DNA from: a virus
Lineage: Duplodnaviria > Caudoviricetes
Direction: 5' to 3' (one strand)
IMG/VR virus record: IMGVR_UViG_651703002_000001
Coordinates: 32,001 to 96,000 of that record
DNA length: 64,000 bases
Part shown: positions 19,810-28,394 of the stretch, piece after piece
How positions within the stretch are numbered: the first letter of the stretch is position 1
Layout: each line of letters opens with the position of its first letter
The notes under the pieces: model-generated
Seen by the model: only the letters and a program-made list of their open reading frames with translations
The model's database searches: none
What the model was told of the DNA's origin: nothing
Translations under genes and position numbers: made by a program

Positions 19810-20082
19810 TTAGAAGTCTTCCACTTCTTGACCATCTTCTTCGGCGGCAAACGCTTCACGGCGACCATCTATGGCATCACGAATTTGAATGTCGTCTGTA
19901 TCCGAAATGGTAACGTTCTTGATACGAGAGGTGTAATAACTTTCAAGTTCATCAAGTCCCTTTGGAGTTAGACAAGACATAATCTTACCCAAGAACTTTT
20001 CTATACTAACTGATGGTTTATCAGAACCTTCAACCTCTTCCTCAACTTCTTCTTTTATAAGCATATAATCTTTGAAATACAT
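19810..20082 (-). CDS. uvsW.1: UvsW.1
   Basis: KIMSC.T..GLDELE.YY..R.K...I.DTDDI.IRDAI.GRR. Confidence 0.9.
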   Translation of the reverse strand: MYFKDYMLIKEEVEEEVEGSDKPSVSIEKFLGKIMSCLTPKGLDELESYYTSRIKNVTISDTDDIQIRDAIDGRREAFAAEEDGQEVEDF

Positions 20083-21587
20083 TACAGTATAACCTCTTTA
20101 ATTTGATATTCGAAATGTTCAGAATTGTACCGTTCAATGCGATTCAATCCATGTTTGTACAAAAAGTTTTTATGATTATACTTGACAGAACCGGGTTTAC
20201 TATTTTTTGATTCCGTACAAAGGTTATCTATAATATCCCACAGATGAGCAAGTAGTTTAGAATCGTGTTTTCTTAAAACCCGACCTATAGACTGCAACGT
20301 TAATACTTTGGATTTCAAACCAGAGCCAAATATAACGTGATGTAATTTCTTTATAGAAATACCGGTCGCAAATATACCATAAGACGCAACGATGATAATT
20401 CCGTCCCCAGCTTCGGCGGCAACTTTTAGCGCGTCCCGATCAACAGTCTTAGTATCACCATTAGCAAAGAATACCTTATCATGCTTCTTACATAGTGCCT
20501 CATAAAGTTTCTTTCCATGGGCTTTATGTCTAAAAAGTATTAAGGTATTTTCATTATTTACCTTGCTTAATTTAAGAGCCAGCTTACATACAAACGCATT
20601 ACGCTTTGTATGTTCTTCCATAAATGTCACTTCTTGTTGATACTCAATACCTTTAGTAACTACACAATCTTCTTTAGGATATCTCAGGAACAGACAATTA
20701 ATTTTTAGGTCTGTTACTTGTCCCTCTTCCATAAGCTGTTTTGTACTTACCGGCTTATATACATCACCAAATACCCCTACATACGACATAATATTACATT
20801 TACCGTCTTTAAGGGACCCACTCATACCAAACTTAAAAGGGCATTCGTTTAGATTTGTTATGATATTCTTTATCTCAGATCCTACGTTATGACATTCGTC
20901 AATCATAAGCATACCGAATTGTTTAAACCAATGAGCCGGTTGTTTAGATGCACTTTGCCAAGTAGAAACGTAGATAGGGCACTCTGAATCTTTTCTCTTA
21001 CCTGCCATAATACCATGAGTAAATGACGGGCTTATGAATCCATAATCGTTGAAGTCATCCAACATCTGAGTAACCAACGATGTTGTAGGAACGATTAATA
21101 GAACTTTCCCGCTATAATTAGTGATATACCAATAGCAAAGTAAAGCAGCGATTAGAGATTTACCCGCAGACGTTGGAAGGTTTAATATTCCACGATTTTT
21201 TGTGATCGCATAATAAACTGCATCCGCCTGATACCAATGAGGGGTAATAGGTTCACCTTTGCTCATAATTTGGATACCATTCAACCATGCATCAAATTCT
21301 TCTCTACTTACAAAATTAGGTTCTGGATTGAAATCAGAATCCTTTGTGAAGTCGTATTCATTTTTAGCGCAATATTTTTCTAGGTGATTAACCAAACCGT
21401 ATGGAAATTTACCATCAGGTTGTAATAGCCGGATCCTTCCGTCCCAACTACTATATTTAAATTTAGGGTTGAACCTCGCACCGCCATCCATTTCAAAAGA
21501 GTAATATTCTCTCAATTCTCTAAAAATGTCTTGATCGGTTTCAATTTCAGCATGACTATAATCATGGAATTTTACGTTAACTTTCAT
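20082..21587 (-). CDS. uvsW: SF2 helicase UvsW
   Basis: WDGRIRL, PHWYQ, LPTSAGKS, IDECH, GMSGS, QSIGRVLR. Confidence 0.97.
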   Translation of the reverse strand: MKVNVKFHDYSHAEIETDQDIFRELREYYSFEMDGGARFNPKFKYSSWDGRIRLLQPDGKFPYGLVNHLEKYCAKNEYDFTKDSDFNPEPNFVSREEFDAWLNGIQIMSKGEPITPHWYQADAVYYAITKNRGILNLPTSAGKSLIAALLCYWYITNYSGKVLLIVPTTSLVTQMLDDFNDYGFISPSFTHGIMAGKRKDSECPIYVSTWQSASKQPAHWFKQFGMLMIDECHNVGSEIKNIITNLNECPFKFGMSGSLKDGKCNIMSYVGVFGDVYKPVSTKQLMEEGQVTDLKINCLFLRYPKEDCVVTKGIEYQQEVTFMEEHTKRNAFVCKLALKLSKVNNENTLILFRHKAHGKKLYEALCKKHDKVFFANGDTKTVDRDALKVAAEAGDGIIIVASYGIFATGISIKKLHHVIFGSGLKSKVLTLQSIGRVLRKHDSKLLAHLWDIIDNLCTESKNSKPGSVKYNHKNFLYKHGLNRIERYNSEHFEYQIKEVIL

Positions 21588-21617
21588 GTGAATCTCTCAT
21601 TATATTCTAATACTATA

Positions 21618-21639
21618 TTATTTAGGGATCTCTAAATAA
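21618..21639. promoter_or_regulatory. back-to-back divergent late promoters
   Basis: TTATTTAGGGATCTCTAAATAA: CCTAAATA toward uvsW and CTAAATA toward ORF 21686. Confidence 0.7.
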
Positions 21640-21685
21640 AGTAGGGAATGAGAACTCATTCCTTCCTATAAGTAGGGGAATAATC

Positions 21686-22051
21686 ATGTTAATAAACAAT
21701 AAATTGTTTAAGGACACCCTACCCGTACTATCAGTTGTCATTGCAATTTGGGCCTCGATATTCTCATATAATGAGTTTATTGCAGACGCTCGCCAAGTTG
21801 CATTGAAAGAGCAGATCACAACCCACATGGACAAGTCTATAGACAACCTTAGAACGGAGATTAAAAGTCTCCCAAATAAGGAGTCGGTGGAAACTGCCCA
21901 ACTAAGGGCTATGCTATACAGTAAAGACTTGATCGATGAGGCTAATCGGGGGAACCGACTTGAGATTGCTGAACTGGAAAAGCGTATTGGTGATATGGAA
22001 AGCGCAAGTATCGAATCGAAAGATCGTAAAAAGCGTAGAGAAGACGGTTAA
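21686..22051 (+). CDS. hypothetical membrane-anchored coiled-coil protein (late)
   Basis: N-terminal hydrophobic helix LPVLSVVIAIWASIFSY, SD AGGGG, late promoter. Confidence 0.7.
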   Translation: MLINNKLFKDTLPVLSVVIAIWASIFSYNEFIADARQVALKEQITTHMDKSIDNLRTEIKSLPNKESVETAQLRAMLYSKDLIDEANRGNRLEIAELEKRIGDMESASIESKDRKKRREDG

Positions 22052-22067
22052 AGGGTTTGTCTAAGTG

Positions 22068-22098
22068 GGTCACACGCGAGAGCATGTGACCTTTTTTT
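22068..22098 (+). terminator. intrinsic terminator
   Basis: GGTCACACGC-GAGA-GCATGTGACC-TTTTTTT. Confidence 0.8.
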
Positions 22099-22108
22099 AT
22101 AAAAAGTG

Positions 22109-22137
22109 TTGACCTATCCATCTGGTTTAGGTATTAT
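22109..22137 (+). promoter_or_regulatory. sigma70-type early promoter
   Basis: A-tract UP element, TTGACC-17 nt-TATTAT. Confidence 0.75.
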
Positions 22138-22168
22138 CTATCTCGTTGAGACGCAAAAGGAATCAAGA

Positions 22169-22651
22169 ATGATGAACAAAGAATTTGAATTTATGTTTGA
22201 TATGGATGGTGTTCAGGCCGATTGGTGCCATTCATTTGATGTTGTGTACGGTTCCGGTGCCTCTGAAATTTTTGATAGTCTTGGAAAAGAAGAAAAGAAT
22301 GTTGTTAAGGCAGAGCTTGCAAATGGTGATTTTTATCGTCACCTTCCAGTAATGGAGAAAGGTGTGGCTCTGGTGATAGAACTGGTTCGGCGCGGTCGTA
22401 AAGTTAGATCCTGACCAGTGTTGGTCGTCAGAACCCAAAAAACGTAGTTCGTCAGAAGAGAGCATGGATCTCTGATGTGTACCCCTGCTGACGTTGCTGT
22501 TGTTCTTCTGGAAAATTTCTATTATACTCTGTGTAGTGAAGATAAAGCAGCGTTTGCCCGTCCTAATGTGTGTCTGGTAGATGACCGAGCGAAAAGCCGT
22601 GAACCTTTCATTGCTGCCGGTGGCGTTGCTGTTGATATTGTTGACCTTTAA
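22169..22651 (+). CDS. HAD-family 5'(3')-nucleotidase-like protein (frameshifted around 22400-22500)
   Basis: FDMDGVQADW motif I, FY..LP.M; a downstream frame gives K...A.PN.CLVDDR.K....F..AGG ending TAA 22651. Confidence 0.7.
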
Positions 22652-22663
22652 GAGGAATTTGTT

Positions 22664-22981
22664 ATGTTGATTGAAAGTCTGTCTGTTGGTGCGGTTTGTC
22701 TTGGTCTTGCCTATGGTCTTGACAAATTTATGGGAACTGGGTTGTTTAAATGGAAAGAGACCCCAAAAGATATCAATTTAGTTATCTCTAAGGAAGACCA
22801 AAATCGAAAATTGAAGAATGAACTCAATTTGGGTAAGATTGTTAATGAACAAAAAGTTAAAAACAAAAATTATTACGGTGGTCATAAAGCAAAGGTTATC
22901 CATAAAGAGCATAAGCTTAATAAACCGCATCCAGTAATTGTTAATTTTGTAAATAAATTGTATAAGGAAAACCAAAAATGA
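22664..22981 (+). CDS. hypothetical protein with N-terminal hydrophobic segment
   Basis: ORF, SD AGAGGA, operon context. Confidence 0.65.
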   Translation: MLIESLSVGAVCLGLAYGLDKFMGTGLFKWKETPKDINLVISKEDQNRKLKNELNLGKIVNEQKVKNKNYYGGHKAKVIHKEHKLNKPHPVIVNFVNKLYKENQK

Positions 22982-23295
22982 ACCAAGAACAATACCAACA
23001 CATCTATTTTTCAAAATGTAGCACATCGATCTGGCGAAACAATAACGGTCGTGATGCAGAGGCTTTGCCTAAAAACAAACCACTCGACTTTTTGAATGAA
23101 CAATGTGAACTTGTAAATTCTGGTAAAAAGTATTTTGTATGTACCTGTTGTGGTACAGCAAAAGATAAAGAGCAACTTATCGGAAATGTATTTGCAGGAT
23201 ATTACTGTTATGAATGTCACGATAAAACCCCGCAGATCCAACGGAACCTTCGTGATAGTAAAAATCTGGATTTTATGACTAATTTAATTATATGA
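22978..23295 (+). CDS. hypothetical zinc-ribbon protein
   Basis: CTCC...CYEC pairs; ATGA overlap with the previous ORF. Confidence 0.65.
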   Translation: MNQEQYQHIYFSKCSTSIWRNNNGRDAEALPKNKPLDFLNEQCELVNSGKKYFVCTCCGTAKDKEQLIGNVFAGYYCYECHDKTPQIQRNLRDSKNLDFMTNLII

Positions 23296-23305
23296 GGAAG
23301 AATAA

Positions 23306-24313
23306 ATGATTTTTGTAAAATATAACTCTCTGGAAAACCACTATCGTCAGAACGTAATTGATGCATTCGTTAATGCTGGGTACACCGCCCCCGGAGTTGA
23401 TTGGGTAGTAATGAAAAACCTCCACGGAACTAATTTTCAACTGGCAGTAGATGAATCCCATGTACAGGCTGGGCGGCGAACCGACCTTCTTGGAGATTTC
23501 GACCAGTTCTTTGAAGCGGATCTCATTGTAAAACGTTATGAAGAAAAGGCTAGGGAAGTATTCAACGAAATTAAACTGTGTATTGATAACGTAACACAAA
23601 TTACCATTTTCGGGGAATATGCGGGTAATCTTACCTCTGGTAAGAAGATCCAAAAAGAAGTAGAATATGGGGATCAAGATTTCTACGTATTCGATATCAT
23701 GGTTTTTGTAGAAGGGGAAGAGTCTGGTTACTACCTACACCATGATGCAGTTATGGAGCTTATTAAAAATAAATTCAAACATGCACCAGTGATCTATATT
23801 GGGAGTTTTGATGGTGTTACCAAACTTCCGAATGACTTCCAATCCATAGTAATCCCGTCAAACAAGGCTGGTAAATTTGGATTGGTTGAAGGGACTGATA
23901 ACATTGCAGAGGGTTTTGTTGCAAAAACTGCTAATGTGGTGTATACCCGATTTGGTCGGGCAATCTTCAAATCTAAAAACTCCAAATTTACCGAGAAAGG
24001 TAAATCTGATAAACCTGTTAAGGTGAAGGAACCTCTTGGAGAATCCGACCTTGAAATGGTACATGAGATCTCAGAATATCTAAATGTAAATCGTCTCAAA
24101 AACGTCCTTAGTAAGATTGGGATCCCGACTACCAAGGAATTTGGTAAGGTTGCTGGTAACCTATCCAAAGACGCAATTGAAGATTACACCAAGGACACAG
24201 AAAAGAGTCTCCGCGATGCAGATCGCCCGTCTGATGTAGGTAAAGCAGTGAACAACCTTGCAGGGGAACTTGTTCGGGATAACTGGATGAACATTTTGGA
24301 CGGAAATTTCTAA
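23306..24313 (+). CDS. rnlB: RNA ligase 2
   Basis: F.KYNSLENHY, HGTNF, FGEYAG, IQKEVEYG, FYVFDI, AEGFV, KSKNSKFTEK, RL.NVLSKIG. Confidence 0.92.
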   Translation: MIFVKYNSLENHYRQNVIDAFVNAGYTAPGVDWVVMKNLHGTNFQLAVDESHVQAGRRTDLLGDFDQFFEADLIVKRYEEKAREVFNEIKLCIDNVTQITIFGEYAGNLTSGKKIQKEVEYGDQDFYVFDIMVFVEGEESGYYLHHDAVMELIKNKFKHAPVIYIGSFDGVTKLPNDFQSIVIPSNKAGKFGLVEGTDNIAEGFVAKTANVVYTRFGRAIFKSKNSKFTEKGKSDKPVKVKEPLGESDLEMVHEISEYLNVNRLKNVLSKIGIPTTKEFGKVAGNLSKDAIEDYTKDTEKSLRDADRPSDVGKAVNNLAGELVRDNWMNILDGNF

Positions 24314-24332
24314 AATAAATTAAAAAAAGGGG

Positions 24333-24361
24333 TTGCATCGGTCAGCCCCTTTTGGTATCTT
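24333..24361 (+). promoter_or_regulatory. early promoter overlapping a terminator-like hairpin
   Basis: A-tract, TTGCAT-17 nt-TATCTT (TGn extended); AAAAGGGG...CCCCTTTT stem. Confidence 0.65.
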
Positions 24362-24398
24362 ATTCATATCGAAACAAGAGATGAAAAGGAAGAGAATC

Positions 24399-25025
24399 AT
24401 GAACAACGAAAAATTCGAAATTCTGATGAGTGAAGCGGTTGAGATGGTTGAAGCTGGTTTTGTTTCTAAAGCCGGTCAAAAAAGAGCCCTCGCACTTTGC
24501 ACATCAATGATGGATATGATTCGTGCGGAATTCTCCGGTGCATATCTCGACCTTTACAACTACGAAGAACGTGACTTGCCAGAAAATCAAGCGGCTTGTG
24601 ACCTGTATTATGCCCAACCGAACACCGCGACTTTCGCAAAGTATTTGGTAAAGGCAGAAACCGCAGTGGGTCGTATGGATAAAGAGGTTGTTAACTCCCT
24701 GATTGCTCTTGGTGAACAAGTTGTTGCGATGATAGCAACAATCAAGGCCGCAGAAATCAAAGCTCCCGAGCCGAAAGTAAGCGAGCGCGAGATTGCAGTT
24801 AAGGAATCCATCATGGACCTGATGAAACGCCGTGGTGAACAATATAACCGTTGTCTGCGCCTTGATGAAATGTTCGGGACTATGGGTATCACCGCGAACG
24901 TTCACATTGTTCACGGTCACAAAGGAACTGTGTTTCTTCGCGCCTTCTACTACATTCTCGGTCATCTGACCCCCCTGAGTGTGATTATCGCAGCGATTGA
25001 AGAAGCTAATAAGCGTAATAAATAA
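24399..25025 (+). CDS. hypothetical protein (early)
   Basis: ORF with promoter and SD AAGGAAG; start placed at MNNEK (24399). Confidence 0.75.
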   Translation: MNNEKFEILMSEAVEMVEAGFVSKAGQKRALALCTSMMDMIRAEFSGAYLDLYNYEERDLPENQAACDLYYAQPNTATFAKYLVKAETAVGRMDKEVVNSLIALGEQVVAMIATIKAAEIKAPEPKVSEREIAVKESIMDLMKRRGEQYNRCLRLDEMFGTMGITANVHIVHGHKGTVFLRAFYYILGHLTPLSVIIAAIEEANKRNK

Positions 25026-25095
25026 GAAGACAAGAAACGTTGGCTTGAAAAGGTCAACGTTTCTTGACAATTAACTTAAAAGGTAATTTTCAAAA

Positions 25096-25757
25096 ATGAA
25101 AAAACTAATGATTGCTGTCATGTTTGCTTTTCCAATGTTTTCACATGCGGCATCATTTGATTGTGCGAATGCTTCAACTACGGTAGAACTGACGATCTGT
25201 GATGACGAAAAACTGAGTAAACTTGACGAAGAACTTAATAAAGTATATAAACTTGCACGTATACACGACCCGTCAATTGTAAAGTCACAAATTGATTGGG
25301 TTAAAATTAGAAATAAAGCACTTCAGTTGAGCAACTTGATGATCTACATGAATCAAGAATTGCGATTCTAAAGTCTGTTGTAAAACCCACAATCAAACCA
25401 GTTATGATTCGTAATGAATCAGCAGAAATATCATCTTTCTCTACATCGGATAATATAAATACAGTTATTGAGTCCGTTAAAAATAACAAGAGCGATAATA
25501 TTTCAGTTGATGGTTTCGTTTTTAATACAAAGAAAGTAGATTACAAATCCCCCGAGTGGTTGAGTAATTGCGTTAAAGATGAAATAAAAATGACTTATAA
25601 AGTTAACTTTTCCGGAAGAACTGATAAAATGACGGAATATAAAATTATCAACGCACTAACAAACGCAAAATTGAAACAAACCATGGATAGTATCAATGGC
25701 GGTTATGTGACAAAAGACGAACTGTTTAACAATTGTATGTCTGGGATAGGTTTCTGA
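25096..25757 (+). CDS. secreted LprI/DUF1311-like protein (frameshift near 25315)
   Basis: Signal peptide MKKLMIAVMFAFPMFSHA, then ASFDC..A.T.VE..IC....LS.LD..L...Y...Q..W...RN; continues into ORF 25404-25757. Confidence 0.7.
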
Positions 25758-26020
25758 TGAACAAGAAAGCCCGTGAGCTGATGATAGAGCTAATTGGAAG
25801 AGGTATTGATTGTAGGGTACTAACTTCAAACACAAGCACGTATATAGACGTACAGGGGCATTTGGTGAGGGTTTCTGACCATAGGGGTCATTCGAAATTC
25901 AAAGGTACTCAGATAAGAAAAGATATCGGGTACTCACGAACTAAATATGGTATGATATTTGGTTATGGTGAAATTCACATGGCTATAAAACATATCATTA
26001 AGGAAATAACACCTAAATAA
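25757..26020 (+). CDS. hypothetical protein
   Basis: ORF overlapping the previous stop; STYI...VRVSDH motif seen in phage proteins. Confidence 0.65.
   Translation: MNKKARELMIELIGRGIDCRVLTSNTSTYIDVQGHLVRVSDHRGHSKFKGTQIRKDIGYSRTKYGMIFGYGEIHMAIKHIIKEITPK
26012..26019 (+). promoter_or_regulatory. late promoter (CCTAAATA) for inh
   Basis: Motif 25 nt upstream of the inh ATG. Confidence 0.7.
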
Positions 26021-26044
26021 TATAACAAAAGAGGAAAAATCCTA

Positions 26045-26848
26045 ATGGCACGTAAAAAAGAAGAAGAACTTAAAGAACTAGATCTGGGTGTAATTAATGA
26101 AATTATAGAAGAAAATAGCGCCCCAGACGCAAAGGTTAAAATTCAAGTTTATGCAAAAGAATGCGGTTTCAAGATCGGTAAATCTAATATTTCGGTTGAT
26201 GATATGGTAGTCAAACTTCTTGAAATGGCTGACGCAAAGGAAAATCAAAAACTAGAATATAGCCCACTAAACAAGATCAAGACTCCCGAGGTATATTCTG
26301 AGGTAAAACAGATTACTCCGGAAGAAGAACTCGAACTGGCAGAAGATATTGAACAATTCGATCCTGTTGTTGAAGAAAAAGAACCGTTCCTCAATCCGGG
26401 GGAGGTAGTATCAATTAATGATATTCCGGAAGATATTAAAACTGAAATTGTTGATGCTATTAAATCTGGTGAGGTTGTCATTACGGCACCGACAAGCCCA
26501 ATTGAAGAGGTGATTACAGGTATTCACTCATATGTTCCTTCATTAGGAACAAGTCCATGGTTTCCACCAGAACAACCAAAAGAAATAGAAATTAATTTTG
26601 AACCTGATCTTTCTGGATTCACTCCACGTATTAACTTGATTGGGGCTGTTGGTCAACAATATATGAACTGTCCTTATTGGATTTTGGATTGGATTTTGGA
26701 AAATGGAAAGGATTGGAAAACTAAAATCGAAACACATCCGAGAGAAACAGATCATCCTATTCTGAAAACTGTTTTATACTATATTCAGATCCATGGTAGT
26801 GTTACTGTTAGGGAAAGTCGAAACTCACGTTACCATACTCTTTATTGA
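26045..26848 (+). CDS. inh: inhibitor of prohead protease
   Basis: YAKECG..I.K, PYWILDWI...DWK, LYYI...GSV.VRESRNS.Y. Confidence 0.88.
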   Translation: MARKKEEELKELDLGVINEIIEENSAPDAKVKIQVYAKECGFKIGKSNISVDDMVVKLLEMADAKENQKLEYSPLNKIKTPEVYSEVKQITPEEELELAEDIEQFDPVVEEKEPFLNPGEVVSINDIPEDIKTEIVDAIKSGEVVITAPTSPIEEVITGIHSYVPSLGTSPWFPPEQPKEIEINFEPDLSGFTPRINLIGAVGQQYMNCPYWILDWILENGKDWKTKIETHPRETDHPILKTVLYYIQIHGSVTVRESRNSRYHTLY

Positions 26849-26853
26849 TGATT

Positions 26854-26880
26854 AAGCCATCCTTTTTAGGGTGGCTTTTT
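26854..26880 (+). terminator. intrinsic terminator after inh
   Basis: AAGCCATCCT-TTTT-AGGGTGGCTTTTT. Confidence 0.75.
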
Positions 26881-26930
26881 AATATCCCTAAATAAAAAGG
26901 CCATATTTGGCTATAACAAGGGTATTAAAA

Positions 26931-27200
26931 ATGAATTATAGATTCATAAAGATTGACAACAATTTTGTATTACTTCTTGGTTATAAAGGTGGGATACAAA
27001 TGATTAGAAAATTGAGGGATGGGATTGTATCTGACAATATCTATGAGTTTATTCGTTTGATAAGCCAGTACCTAGATGATGGGTTTATTGTGATCGTGTA
27101 TGATCTGGAAGAGAATAGATTCATTAAGATAAATGAAGAAAAGATTGATATTTTTTTAATTTTCATTATATCATGTAAAATGATGGTTTATGAACTATAA
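26931..27200 (+). CDS. hypothetical protein (late promoter CCTAAATA at 26887)
   Basis: ORF, SD AAGGG, followed by terminator 27207-27229. Confidence 0.55.
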   Translation: MNYRFIKIDNNFVLLLGYKGGIQMIRKLRDGIVSDNIYEFIRLISQYLDDGFIVIVYDLEENRFIKINEEKIDIFLIFIISCKMMVYEL

Positions 27201-27206
27201 GTTAAC

Positions 27207-27229
27207 AGGAACCTTTTGGTTCCTTTTTT
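27207..27229 (+). terminator. intrinsic terminator
   Basis: AGGAACC-TTTT-GGTTCCTTTTTT. Confidence 0.75.
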
Positions 27230-27264
27230 GTATGTATTTTAACCTAATAATGGTTAAAAAGTAT

Positions 27265-27377
27265 ATAGTTTCAAGTGTAATCAAAGTATAAAGTTCTATA
27301 ATATATTAATAGAAACTTTATAATTAGAAAATGTGTGAGTGAAACGAACACGGCTCCGCCGACTCGCTTTGCTCGAA
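27265..27377 (+). repeat. non-coding ~110 bp element, copy 2; origin-like
   Basis: Inverted copy of 3300-3408; internal palindrome TATAAAGTT-CTAT..ATAG-AAACTTTATA. Confidence 0.9.
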
Positions 27378-27418
27378 TCTAGTTTCTGTTATGTATTTAG
27401 ATATGGTATAATTTGGAT

Positions 27419-27975
27419 ATGAAAAGAAAAATTGTAACTCTTATCGGGACACGAGAACCCGAGCCCCAATATATTGATCTTATGATCCGTATTGGTAAAG
27501 CCTTTTCTGATAAAGGGTATTGGTGCAAGGTCTGGTGATGCAATAGGATCTGACCAAAAATTCCTAAAGAACTATGACCCCTAATTATGTATAAAATATC
27601 CGCCTGATGATAGGGCCGGATGTGTAAATGTAATGAATCATAAAAATTATTATGAGTTCGAATTAATAAGCTTCACGATTTCCATGTAGCTTGGGAATTT
27701 ATGATAATTGGTCATCAGGAATTACATGCTAGAAAACGTCCCCAAGTTATGGGTTTGAATCTTGATACATATTCAAATCTAGTTGTGTTCTGTGCAAATG
27801 AAGATAGTAGAGGTGTAGTTTCCGGGAGGTCCTGCAAACGGCGGTTAAACTTTCCAGAAGCCTAAATATACCTACACTAAACATTATGAATCCAGTACAG
27901 AGATCTAAGCTGTGTAAATGGCTTGGAATTGAAGATATACCGATATTCGAAAAGGTTGACATTTTTAATCTCTAA
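27419..27975 (+). pseudogene. SLOG (Smf/DprA-like) protein, multiply frameshifted in this read
   Basis: MKRKIVTLIGTRE..., RSGDAIGSD, HAR.V.QV.G, GG...TAVKLSRSLNIP across several frames; the indels may be sequencing error. Confidence 0.65.
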
Positions 27976-28014
27976 ATATTGTTGTGGAATAACAATAATA
28001 AACAGAGGTTTGGA

Positions 28015-28357
28015 ATGAAAAGCTCGCCACGGAAAATAGCACATAGGGGCACATGACGCAATAAGACGTTTTAATTTGGTATTAGGTGATACTGATACTT
28101 TATGGAAAGATGAACCAGAAAAAGTTAAAAGGGTTTGGACAAAACACGTTAACTACATAATCGACCATCCGGATTCAGATTCCCAAACTGTTCATAATCT
28201 TTGGCGCACATATAAGAATGGGCAAGGATGGATATTTGGTGAAGAGAAATCTACGGAAGATAAAACACATCCATGTCTTGTGCCTTATGAAAAACTTCAT
28301 GAAATAGAACATATGAAATATTTTATTTTCATGGAGACTGTTAGAGAGCAACAATAA
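28015..28357 (+). CDS. RyR-repeat domain protein (5' frameshift)
   Basis: HNLW...K...GW.FG..K....KTHPCLVPYEKL...E..K; late promoter CTAAATA 27972 and SD AGAGG before ATG 28015. Confidence 0.75.
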
Positions 28358-28389
28358 AAAAGCCCCGTCCTAAATTGGATGGGGCTTTT
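28358..28389. terminator. bidirectional terminator
   Basis: AAAAGCCCCGTCC-TAAATT-GGATGGGGCTTTT. Confidence 0.8.
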
Positions 28390-28394
28390 ATTTT

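Noticed and set aside
3300-27377. Inverted repeats as transposon ends or CRISPR repeats
   Set aside because: No transposase, no target duplication, no spacer array; the enclosed DNA is core phage genes
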